Of a stretch of 64,000 bases of DNA, positions 20,614 to 31,109 are shown piece after piece. Position numbers and translations under genes: made by a program. Source of the DNA: Minutocellus sp. GHC0000111 (lineage: Eukaryota); NCBI GenBank assembly GCA_977018835.1, contig OZ361257.1:558001-622000 (forward strand). Direction: 5' to 3'. The notes beneath the pieces were generated by a model that had not been told where the DNA came from, did no database searches, and saw nothing but the letters and a program-made list of their open reading frames with translations. Every line of letters begins with the position of its first letter. The stretch's first letter is position 1.

Positions 20614-21583
20614 CTATCTCGCATGCTGATGCCGATTACCACCGATGAAACGACCAAAGAAGCGAGCTACTGAAACAAAGAATACTCTCAATATTGGAAA
20701 CCTTCTTGACAGCGCAAAGCATACGATGCAGAGTGTCGATACCACGAGAACCAATCGCTGCGATGCACTCGTCTTGATATTCTTTCGGCTGCTTTGTGCT
20801 TTCGATTTTCGGAGTTGTTGGGATGGCTTGGACTTGGGTGGAGTATTCTTTCCGCCTCCACCTCCGATGGTACGTCGCTCCTCCTTCTTTGGGGGCACCT
20901 CCTTCAAATCTTCTACATCGTCTACATTGTTCTCATCGTCATCTCCCTCGGCATCGTCATCATCGCCCCCCGCGTCATCGTCGCCCTCAGCATCATCATC
21001 TCCAGCCTCGTCGTCATCTCCTTCTCCTTCGGCATCATCATCATCTCCTTCTCCCTCCGCATCATCGTCCTCGCCCTCGTCTTCCTTTGCACCGCCATCT
21101 TTTTTCTCAATCTCTTTTGCTTCTCGTTGTTGTTGTTGACCAGCACCAACCGCGGCCTTGTCGTCCTTGGCAACTCTCTTGATGGTTACCGAAGTCGCCT
21201 TGCCCGGGGCAGCTCCCTTCACCGGCAGCAGCCGCCAAGTCTTCCTCCAACTTGCGAAGTTCCTCCGCCGATTTCTTCTTGAAGCCCTTCTCCACCAGTA
21301 GCGCGTGCATCTTTTCACGATCGTTGTAATCGCTCAGCACAATCTTCTCCGTCTCCTTGCCATCGTCAAAAATGGTGAGGATCGCCTTCCTCCCCGGAAT
21401 AAACTTCACCGTGAGGTTTTCGTATTGGTCGGCTTCCCTGTTGGTTACCAGAAATTTCTTCAACTCTGGTAACTTATTCAAGGCTCACCCGGAACAGCTT
21501 TCAATAAGTCCACTGATGTCGCCAGCAAGGGTGGCCACGGGGACCAGGAGGAGGGAGAGAACGGTAGCGAACAGGGAGCGCAT
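20614..21583 (-). CDS. SelM/Sep15-family selenoprotein (CxxU) with acidic extension and C-terminal TM; in-frame UGA at 21487-21485; apparent frameshift ~21222
   Basis: ATG at 21583, signal peptide MRSLFATVLSLLLVPVATLA, then IESCSG-U-ALNKLPELKKFL...YENLTVKFIPGRKAIL...LLVEKGF, which are the Sep15/SelM domain motifs. Confidence 0.88.
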
Positions 21584-21793
21584 CTTGGTCGGCAAGGAAT
21601 CGAATCAAGATGATTATGCCCGTACTCGTTCTGCAGTTCTTAGGTATGTGCAACATGAAAATCCATAAAATCATTAAATTGTACACTGGAACACATTAGT
21701 CTACATTTTAGTCTGAAAAGTCTTAAACCCACATGTTACGCATACCTAACATGCCCCGAGCGAACGCAAATCGGTCTCATTCGCCGCTTGCCG

Positions 21794-23452
21794 ATGCCCC
21801 GCCCGAGCTTTATCCCGAGCCTTCTTCTACTACTGCTCATCGCCACGCATTATTGTGCAATCTCATTCTCTCCTCCCCATTCTGGTCGAACTGAGACAAG
21901 AAGAGCAACGAGCGGCAGCGCGATGAGCAATGACGATCATGCCGACCCCTACCGCTACCGGCTCGGCTACGTGACAGACGTGGAGGGTCATCTCGACTTC
22001 TTCTTGTCATTCGTCAAACGTAGCAATGTGCTCGACGTCGTCTCCAACACCCCACTTCAGTTGGAATTGGATCTCCGCGACAACCACTGCTACTTTGTCT
22101 TTGGCGGCGATTCGGTGGACAAGGCGCCGGGGGACATCCGTTTGTGCCGAGCATTGGTATCACTCAAGAAGCGCTATCCCGATCGAGTCTTTCTCCTCGT
22201 TGGCAACCGAGATCTCAACAAGATTCGATTTACGGCTGAATTGTCCAAAGCTGATATGGAACGAGATATTGACGACATTCCGCCCCCTCACTGGGACCCA
22301 TCGGCCCCGACCTTGCGAACATATTTGGAGGAAGTTGCCAAGACAAGGGGGGTGGGACGTGCGGAGGATGTAAACACTCGCGTCGAACGATTGCGATATA
22401 TGCTCAAGCATACCTTGGGCTGTTCCGATACTTTTGAATATAGAAGGCAAGAACTGGCAATATTGAATGAATGCGAGGTGGAAGATATCAGCGATGAGCA
22501 AGTGTGCGACAACTTCATCCATGAAGTCGAGCACGAAGATGGATCACTTCGTCAGTATTTGGAGAATGCCAACTTAGCCGCCGTTGTTGGGAATACTCTA
22601 TTTGTGCATGGCGCCGTAGATGTGAATACAATGCAATTTGTACCTCATCATGACACACGATTTGAGCTGCCCAAGACACGAGCGCAAGCGGGGAAGGTAT
22701 GCGATGACTTGATGGAATGGGTTTCTTCATTGAATGAGTATCTTCGAGTCGGTCTGCAAGATTACCAAGCTAGGCCAATGTGGGACGAAGATAGAACGTC
22801 TCGGGGAGGGGAGGCTTTGCTTGCATTGCAAAATAGATGTGCCGTTTGGGGTCGATCCATTATCAGCAATTGCTATGGTGATGGTGGTGCTATTACAAAT
22901 CAACATGCTGTTGAATATTTGAATGATCCGAACAGAGCTGAGATGGAAGATAAGGACCCGATGGTGTTTGAGAACGTGTCTAGCGATCCAAAAGACCCAA
23001 GAGTTGCAGCTTGGTTGAAAAAGAATGGTATTCGTAGAGTCATTGTAGGTCACAAGCCTACCGGCGATTGTCCGGCAGTTCTGTCGTCGAAATTTACAGG
23101 CGTTGAGATCGCATCCGGAGACACTTCGTACTCGGACACTTCCGCCCAAGACAATAGAGGCTTGGCGTTGCCGGTCATTGAAATCGTAGGACAGAGTCCC
23201 ATTGACAACCATCTTGAAATATCAGGTAGGTTCAATGATGGTAGGGAGTATCACAGCACATTCCATCGCCTGCATGGCAAAGATGGGATAGATGTTACTG
23301 TTGGAGATCCCACTCTCGGAACTCAAGTAGACGGAGGATATTGGGTAAAGGCCTCCTGCACAGAAAAGTATCGATTATGCCGGGGCAAAGGCAGAAAAGT
23401 GGAGCACAATGATGTTTCCATTGATGAGATCCAAGCTAAATATGTGATATAG
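21794..23452 (+). CDS. Calcineurin-like metallophosphoesterase with N-terminal signal/presequence
   Basis: Motifs TDVEG, GGDSVDK, GNRD, FVHG and GHKP. Confidence 0.85.
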   Translation: MPRPSFIPSLLLLLLIATHYCAISFSPPHSGRTETRRATSGSAMSNDDHADPYRYRLGYVTDVEGHLDFFLSFVKRSNVLDVVSNTPLQLELDLRDNHCYFVFGGDSVDKAPGDIRLCRALVSLKKRYPDRVFLLVGNRDLNKIRFTAELSKADMERDIDDIPPPHWDPSAPTLRTYLEEVAKTRGVGRAEDVNTRVERLRYMLKHTLGCSDTFEYRRQELAILNECEVEDISDEQVCDNFIHEVEHEDGSLRQYLENANLAAVVGNTLFVHGAVDVNTMQFVPHHDTRFELPKTRAQAGKVCDDLMEWVSSLNEYLRVGLQDYQARPMWDEDRTSRGGEALLALQNRCAVWGRSIISNCYGDGGAITNQHAVEYLNDPNRAEMEDKDPMVFENVSSDPKDPRVAAWLKKNGIRRVIVGHKPTGDCPAVLSSKFTGVEIASGDTSYSDTSAQDNRGLALPVIEIVGQSPIDNHLEISGRFNDGREYHSTFHRLHGKDGIDVTVGDPTLGTQVDGGYWVKASCTEKYRLCRGKGRKVEHNDVSIDEIQAKYVI

Positions 23453-23634
23453 ATCGCATGCTTTGAGAGAAAGCCCTTGATTAGCTCAAAATGTTATCTA
23501 TTTGAACCTCAATGCGAATTATGAAGCGTTCCCATGAAATTTTTCACCGAGTTAAAGCATTGTCTTTGACTCTGGCTACCGGTAGCAAAAGGAATCTGTG
23601 CCTGTTATTAGCTACAACTTTATGTCGTCCTTCT

Positions 23635-25170
23635 TTAACGCTTCCTCTTCTTTTCGGCTACACCGAATCGCTCCTCCAAACTATCGAGCCACTTCATCAA
23701 TGCATCAGGTTTCATTTCTCCATCATATTTGTCAATCTTGCCAGAAATAACCACCAGAGTGGGATATTTTTTTACTCCGAATTCCTTTGCTAGTGCTAGA
23801 TTCTTTGCTCGACTTTCGCCAAAGATAAAATTCTTTCGATATTGATAGGCGAGACTGGCATACAGGGGAGAAGTCTCATATTTTTCTGATAGTAAAAGAA
23901 TCGCAGCACTCTTTCGCTCCTTGGATACAGATGCCATCAATCGATCATTCACATGTGATACGTGGTTGATGTTCTGAACGAGATGGAAGGGCATCTTCTC
24001 TACGGCAAAATCATGAAGCTTTTTGGCAGATGGCATCAGACCCTGTTCCATTGCCGAAAACTCTCCATCAACAATCATACCGAAAGCAGGAAGGGCTTGA
24101 ACATCAACCTTGGATGCACAAAATTCGGCCTCGGCCTGACTTCTGCCACAGTTGACGGCACCAACTTTGAATGTTCCTTTGGTCTTTTTGGCCAATTGCA
24201 CCACTGTCGGTTGGGCATTGACGCAATCCTGATCGTTGTTATCATAAAAGACAACAAGCCACAAAAATTTGCTCTTGGCATCTGGGAATTTTGCTTTGCC
24301 GAGAGGAGCGACGTCGCCACCTTTGGGGAACAATTCCTGAGCTTGGCGGCCACCCCCACCGCCAGGGAATCCCCCTCCCCCTCCTGGGAATCCTCCTCCA
24401 GGAAACCCACCCCCACCACCGGGGAAGCCTCCACCAGGGAATCCGCCACCTCCGCCGCCAAAGTTGAACTCAAAGTGCTGTCCACCGCCACCGCCACCGG
24501 CGGCGCCACCAAACATCTCTTCAAACATGGAAAAGGGATCGAATCCACCCCCACCGCCACCAAAGTGGAACTGCTGCCCTCCCCCTCCACCGGGGAAGCC
24601 GCCGAAGCCGGCAGCTTCAGGATCCACTCCCTGTTCGTGAGCCTCCAGGCCAGATTTGCCGTATTTGTCGTAAATTTCTCTCTTCTTGTCGTTGCTGAGA
24701 ATTGCATACGCTTCTGCGACCTGTATTTTTTGGAAAGAGGTGGAGGGTGATGGTGAGATTTCGCATACACAATTGTCTTTCACTTGGGTCTTGCTTCTGC
24801 AAAACACCTCATTCCTTTCTTTCCATCCATTTCAATTCGATTCATTTCTCCCAAGAGTATGACTCACCTCGACAAACTTCTTTTCATTCTTCTCCTTCTC
24901 TTCATCGGTGCAGTCCTTGCACTTGTCCGGATGGTACTGCAATGCGAGCTTCTTGTACGCCTTCTTGATCTCCTTGCTGCTGGTGCCCTTTCTCAGACCA
25001 AGGACGGAATAGTAGTCACCACCGCCATCCTTCTTTGCCTGCTGCTGCTGCCGGCCGCCTCGTTGCTGGCGCCGCCCTCCGCCGTACTGGGCGCTCGTAC
25101 TCTCGAGGAGTAAGAGGAGGACCAGTGCTGATGCCAGCACCGACGAGCGTCGCCTTATCATTGCCGCCAT
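23635..25170 (-). CDS. ER DnaJ protein with Gly/Phe-rich region and thioredoxin-like domains (ERdj3A-like); intron 24867-24721
   Basis: Signal peptide; DYYSVLGL...[13 protein letters not shown]...[20 protein letters not shown] repeats; WLVVFY...[16 protein letters not shown]. Confidence 0.9.
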
Positions 25171-25355
25171 ACTGGAGGTATTACGATCGTATCCTGTTGG
25201 GAGAATGACGATCGATGTCGCCGCTCGACCAACCTTCCAGCTGGCACATGTTACATGGGGGAAACCTCCTAAAAGTAGCCCCCTTATCTTCTTGTCCGTC
25301 CGTTTTGCATGCCGCCCGGCCTTCATTCTTCATGTTCAAAGAGCTGCAAGGCAGG

Positions 25356-26291
25356 ATGAGCTGCTGCAACTCCATGCTCAGCCCGAGTCTTCTTTTGCTC
25401 ATCCTAATGTTGGCACATGCATCTGCCCTCTCCTCGGCGTCTGCCCGAACTTGCCTCGTCACTGGTGCGACGGATGGGATCGGCAGACACACAGCCAAGA
25501 AATTGGCAAACGATGGCAACCACCTGCTTGTTCATGGTCGCAAGCCGGACGTTGGAAAGGAACTGTGCGAGGAACTACTGGATAGGGGTGCATCGAGCGT
25601 GACGTACTTCAACGCAGATCTGAATGATCTCACCGAGGTAGAAAAGCTTGCCGCCGAAATCATAGAGCACTGCACATCTAACACCAAAGGTAGCTTGGAT
25701 GTGCTGATCAATTTCGCTGGGATCTTTGATCCGCCATCACCGGCCAAGTCCGCGCAGGGCTTTGATCAGACCTTTGCCGTCAATGTACTGGCACCCTTTG
25801 TATTGACCAGACGACTCCTACCCTTGGTCGCTGCCAGTACCGATCCCTGCCCTCGAATCATTACAACGTCCAGCATTAGCCAAAGCTACGCTCTTCCATC
25901 GATGGATGAGTTATTAGATGTCAACGATGATCCCAAGACAGCTCATAGGGCCTATTCGGATAGCAAACTGGGTAACTATTTGTTCACTGTTCAATTGGCC
26001 AACATATTGAATGCACAGAAAGATGAGAGATTAAGTCGAATCAAGTGCCTCACCATGGATCCCGGAACAGTCAATACCAAGATGTTGCTTGCCGGATGGG
26101 GTGCGTGTGGTATCCCAGTGAGCCGAGCCGATAATACGTACAAGTTGGCTACAGAGTATGGCACCAAGCAAGAGTCGGGTAGTTATCACTTTGGTGGAGG
26201 AGGAGGCAAGTGCGATGATATTGAAGAGTTCTGGAGCCGAATCGAAGAATGCACGGGATGTACCTATGCTGATATCGATAAGGGTCTATGA
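25356..26291 (+). CDS. Short-chain dehydrogenase/reductase
   Basis: VTGATDGIG, LDVLINFAG, YSDSK and DPGTVNT motifs. The start is uncertain. Confidence 0.9.
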   Translation: MSCCNSMLSPSLLLLILMLAHASALSSASARTCLVTGATDGIGRHTAKKLANDGNHLLVHGRKPDVGKELCEELLDRGASSVTYFNADLNDLTEVEKLAAEIIEHCTSNTKGSLDVLINFAGIFDPPSPAKSAQGFDQTFAVNVLAPFVLTRRLLPLVAASTDPCPRIITTSSISQSYALPSMDELLDVNDDPKTAHRAYSDSKLGNYLFTVQLANILNAQKDERLSRIKCLTMDPGTVNTKMLLAGWGACGIPVSRADNTYKLATEYGTKQESGSYHFGGGGGKCDDIEEFWSRIEECTGCTYADIDKGL

Positions 26292-26353
26292 AAGGTTAAA
26301 AGGTAGATCTCAGAAAAGTCAAGTTGAGCTTGCCTATCGGCTAGCACATGTAA

Positions 26354-27430
26354 CTACACCTCACCTATCCAATCGACCAGCAGAATGCCATCGTTCTTCG
26401 GACAAATGCGGCATTCAATCGTCTTCTCCTGGTACTGAGCCGGGCGTCGAATGTGCTCCATGAGTCCATCTCGCAGAGTACTTCTCCCGCCCTTGGAATG
26501 TAGGCCTTTCCCTGTGATGATGGCCACCCTCGTTTGCACGGGCAATACCGGCACGACCATCGTCTCGTACGCATCGATGGCATCTTTCACGTACAGTCCA
26601 TGGTAGTCCACTGTCAGCCTACCATCGGCGCCCACCCTCCCCATCCTCTCGGCAGAATTGTTGCGATTGTAAATGTCCTCGGCGGCATTCTTCCGTGCCT
26701 GGTGCAACTGAGCCTCCACCTCGTCAATTTGCTGTCGACATACGCGATATTCCTCGCTCCGTCGGTCGGTAATGGACCGAAGCTGATCCCACAAGTTGGA
26801 CAGCTCCTTGCGCAATATCTGCTCCGGCCGACGGGCGTCGTCAAAGTGCTCACGTTTCTTGTCGTGATCTAGATCACCCCTCACCGAATCGAGGAAGGCT
26901 GTGGCCTGTGTTGCGAATGGTGAGGGTCCTGCTGCTGGCCTCGCTGCAGCAGCTGGTACTGGACGCCGAGCAACTGAGGCTGCTACCGAGGCTGACAGAC
27001 GAGCCATGTTGGAATCGTCTGCATTCGGCATAGGAGATGTGGACTTTGTCAGATCGATTGCTTCGTCTGATCCCGTGCTCCGACTACCATTGCTGCGGTC
27101 AATGGGCCTCTGACGTCGTTTCCGAGCAGCAGGTTTCCTCTCATCCTCGCTGGAGGAGTCATCCAAGCAAACCACATCGCTATCATCACTGCTCTCTCCT
27201 GTCGTCTTGGCGCCACCAGAGCGTTCGAGGGCCGGGGCATCTATGACCCTCCGTCGCTTGGCCTGGGGAGAGTGACTCGATGAAGTGGCAGCGCCAGCAG
27301 CAGCAGAGCCGTTGGCGCTGTTGTCCTCGTCTTGATGCTCGGCGCCATCGTCGTCTCTCCCCCTCTTTCGCCCGCGGCGGCTGGCCCCGCCATCCTCCGG
27401 AGACGACGTTAGGTCAACCACATCGCTCAT
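26354..27430 (-). CDS. Smr-domain protein (DUF1771 plus Smr-like)
   Basis: AAEDIY..NN; VDYHGLYVKDAI; IITGKGLHS; NDGILLV. Confidence 0.85.
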   Translation of the reverse strand: MSDVVDLTSSPEDGGASRRGRKRGRDDDGAEHQDEDNSANGSAAAGAATSSSHSPQAKRRRVIDAPALERSGGAKTTGESSDDSDVVCLDDSSSEDERKPAARKRRQRPIDRSNGSRSTGSDEAIDLTKSTSPMPNADDSNMARLSASVAASVARRPVPAAAARPAAGPSPFATQATAFLDSVRGDLDHDKKREHFDDARRPEQILRKELSNLWDQLRSITDRRSEEYRVCRQQIDEVEAQLHQARKNAAEDIYNRNNSAERMGRVGADGRLTVDYHGLYVKDAIDAYETMVVPVLPVQTRVAIITGKGLHSKGGRSTLRDGLMEHIRRPAQYQEKTIECRICPKNDGILLVDWIGEV

Positions 27431-27730
27431 GAGCGACGGTGGTGGCGTCTCATGAGGTACTAAGTACACACGCAGGTAGCAGTAACAATGATGAGCCGTT
27501 TGATTTGGCGTGCTGTTATGTTGGGCTTCCAAATGAGCGCATCATTACGACATCGAAACATTTTAAACTTGACAAGATCTCGCCTCTGCCTCTGGGCGAT
27601 TTGAAGTGGGTTTGAAGTGGCTCTCGCTCGTCGTGTCTGCCTTTGGCATACCTCAGCCAACCATCAGCCTCTTCTGCTCTCTTAACTCAAATTCATATGC
27701 CCATTTCTCCAATAGTATTCCCAGGAACCC

Positions 27731-28948
27731 ATGAAGATATGCATCATCTCGGAGCCATGCCCAGTCACCTACATGAGTGGTCTCACGGCGAGGATGCGCC
27801 TGCTGGTCGAACATCTTATCGATGAATCAAAAGATACAGTCGAAATAATATGTGCCGAGGCAGTGCAACCGAACCCACCGGTGTCAATGTCATCATCACA
27901 GAATAATACGGCCCCAATTAATTACACCTACGGCATCCCCTTTCCTGGCTATGCCTTGCTAACCCTGCCTTTGGATTGGACGTTCAAGGTGTGGCGAACA
28001 GTCCGACGGATGCGCCCAGACTTGATCCATTGCACGTCGCCGGGCATGCTTGTGTTTCCAGCCCTCTTCTGCGCCAGGGTGCTACAAATACCCATTGTCA
28101 TGTCTTACCACACGCATATTCCAGTCTACATACGGACGTATTTGCCACGATGCGTCCGCCATCTCGCGGAATGGATAGCATGGAGGATCATACATGGAAC
28201 GCACTCAATGTCTGATCTTACACTGGTCACAAGTACTCAAATATTGGAAGAGTTCCAGAAGAGGGGCATCCCAAGATGTGAGCTTTGGCTAAAGGGTGTA
28301 GACACCGAGCAGTTCTCGCCTAAATATTACAGCGAAGAGATGCGGATTCGAATGTCAGAGGGCAATCCAAAAGACTTCCTATTGGTTTATGTTGGCCGCA
28401 TCGCCATTGAGAAGCGATTGCACGATTTGAGAGATATCGTGAAGCGAATTCCAAGTTGCCGTCTCTGTATAGTTGGTAAAGGTCCCTACGAAAGTGAAGT
28501 GAGAAAAAGTCTCGTTGATACTCCCACGGTGTTTACTGGAGAACTTCGAAGCATCGCACTAAGCCAAGCCTTTGCATCGGGCGATTGTTTCGTCATGCCA
28601 AGTGATAGCGAAACGCTTGGATTTGTGGTACTAGAATCGATGGCTTCTGGGGTCCTGGTGGTTGCTGCTAATGCCGGTGGAATACCAGATATTGTCCAAG
28701 ATAGTAAGAACGGTTTCTTGGTTCCAACAGGGGACATTGCAGCCTATACCAACCGAATCAAGCTTTTGCAGAACGACCCTGAATTGAGAAAGAAAATGTC
28801 AGCGACCGCGCGGGAAAGCGTTGCCTCGTTGGGATGGAGGACGTCCATGCAAAAAATGAGAAAGGGATCTTACATCCAAGCAATGGACAATTGTGATTGT
28901 CGGTGGGAGAAGAGATTGCTTCAAATATTTCGTCCAAACCTGCAGTGA
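27731..28948 (+). CDS. SQD2: GT4 glycosyltransferase, sulfoquinovosyltransferase-like
   Basis: PDLIHCTSPG, MSYHTH, KGVDTEQF, MRIRMSEGNP, YVGR..EK and FVMPSDSETLGFVVLESMASG. Confidence 0.8.
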   Translation: MKICIISEPCPVTYMSGLTARMRLLVEHLIDESKDTVEIICAEAVQPNPPVSMSSSQNNTAPINYTYGIPFPGYALLTLPLDWTFKVWRTVRRMRPDLIHCTSPGMLVFPALFCARVLQIPIVMSYHTHIPVYIRTYLPRCVRHLAEWIAWRIIHGTHSMSDLTLVTSTQILEEFQKRGIPRCELWLKGVDTEQFSPKYYSEEMRIRMSEGNPKDFLLVYVGRIAIEKRLHDLRDIVKRIPSCRLCIVGKGPYESEVRKSLVDTPTVFTGELRSIALSQAFASGDCFVMPSDSETLGFVVLESMASGVLVVAANAGGIPDIVQDSKNGFLVPTGDIAAYTNRIKLLQNDPELRKKMSATARESVASLGWRTSMQKMRKGSYIQAMDNCDCRWEKRLLQIFRPNLQ

Positions 28949-29627
28949 TAACTCTTCTAGATCTAGGTCTACATGTAACTCAAAACTTAAAAAAAAAACT
29001 GCGGCCCGAAACGTACGAAAGCAAGGGTTACGCCGGGCACTGCCGCTCCGGCGATGGCGCCCCACCGACGCCCGTGCGCGGCCACCAGGTCGCTTCAAAA
29101 CATTATCGCGGGGCGTTGGAGAAAGGCGGATGGGCGGAGTTGGGTAAGTAGCATCTTATTTTTAGCATATCATGTTTCCCCAGGTCATTATCTGTTGGTA
29201 GTGCCGGTGGTTTTGCACCACGTTTCTACGATGGCCCAACCAATCGACCGCCGCTACCACTACCGTGGGAGCAGCACCCCCCGAAGCTCCCGCCCAGCCG
29301 CGGCTTCTTCCCCACCAGGACGAGGAGGCCGACCCGGTCCTGCCTATCTCGGCCAAAATGGCCAGCCAGAATGGCACCCCGAGTTCTTTTTTTCTTTTTT
29401 GAGACACGAGGTTGAAATTCCTCGACGATGCGGGGTTGAAATTCCCCCACGGGTGCAATTGTCCCTTTCGCAGGTTATGGCTCCGCCCCACCTACGAGAA
29501 GATCCCTGCCAGCTAACCTCCCGGGCTTTTTCCCGACCAAAATGACGGGGTTGCAGTCCAAGCAAACTTCGGGGCTTTTTCCCTGCCAGCTACCAATGCA
29601 ATGGTGGGATTTGCAGTCCTTTTTCTT

Positions 29628-29724
29628 ACATTCATTTTTCTTAGTGCGAATGCACCAACGTCTTTTAGACCACGATTCTCGTCGGCCCAAATAGGGAGAC
29701 ACGGCTCCAAGCGCGGTTTGGCCT
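29628..29724. repeat. Dispersed ~95-bp repeat, copy 2
   Basis: Near-identical to 8329-8429, in the same orientation. Confidence 0.9.
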
Positions 29725-31109
29725 CGCACACCCAGCACGGGCAGCGATAGGCAAGCCTGCCCTGTGTCACTCAGATGGAAGTGAATGGAATCGGGGCAGG
29801 TTCTGGACTCCAGCCGAATCGAACCGCAAGAAGTCCATCAAGTCGTTCGCGCATGGGCGACAACGTGAAGGGAGTGCGCGGCTCCAGCTTCACGCTCGTC
29901 GGGCGGTCTCTGCGATCCGTCTGCTGCTACAGCACATGTTTAAGGGTGGGTGCCCGGGGCCTGGATGGAGTGACGTTTCCCTGTCCTGGCTCACGGGAAG
30001 TCCGATCGGGGTCAATGCGAACAAGAAAGACGAAGTTTGTGCGGTGAGTTGCCTTGACTCTATTGATCTTGCCCTCAGATGCATGTAGATGGCGATTTGA
30101 TAAACGTTTTACGTAGATTTGACTTTTTTTACACATAGTGCTCTTGCTAATGCTACAGCAGCATCAGCAACAGCAACGGTCGAAGACGACACAGAAGCAC
30201 CGCGAAGAACTACCAGGAGCCAATCAGCCAGACTTAATCTGGCAGCTACCTTCGAAGGCTTCGTGCCGGCCAACAATCCCAACGCTTGGAGAGACCGTGA
30301 CCTCGAGTAGATCTACAAATGCTGGTCCCCACCTCACCCTCACTCAATCTCACCCCATGCATGTGTCCTGTTCCAGATGATGCTTGGAGTCATAGATGAG
30401 AGCGACTTGAATCACTTTGAGGTTGTGTCGAAGCAGACGAGATCAGCACTGCAGCGACAGGCGTCCACGGTCCGCCGCGACCTCAGCGCTGGCATCTCCT
30501 CCTTGCCAGAACTTTTTGACACTTCATTGCATGGTCATCTACTACACCACATTTCCACGTTCGGCAAACAAAGGTGTCGTTTGTAGATGAAGAGTTGACG
30601 AGAGGAGCACATCTCTCCAATATTACAAAAGAGGGCAGCACTTCTAACGACAGCTTCAAGGGCCGCCAACTTCGGCATAGCTTGAGCATGAGGTCAATCC
30701 AAATCAGCAAGTCTGCAGCTACTTTGGAGGAGTGTGGGAGAACGAGCACGGCATTGTTGACGAAGAGGCTGCCATCCCCAAAGATTCTTGTCGCCATTCC
30801 TTTGTCTATTAGCTGGCTAGCTACGTACGCTTGATCGCTTTGCATATTGTACATGCTGTTTAACACTGTTGTTCTGTACAAAATCCCCTCCCATTCCCAC
30901 CGGTATTGCTGCTTTTTGCTCGCTCTCGATCTCTCGGCGCTCGCGAGCGAGCTGGCCTGCCGGCAAATATTTTTCTGTATGACGAAAGAATGACGTTTTT
31001 AGTTTCCACTGCGCACCGCGCGCTTGGCGCAAACCGCCGGGCACCACAAACATGTGAAAGCCAGCTTGCTCCTGACTGCTTCCACTTCGTTCCGTTTGGA
31101 TGAGCACCA

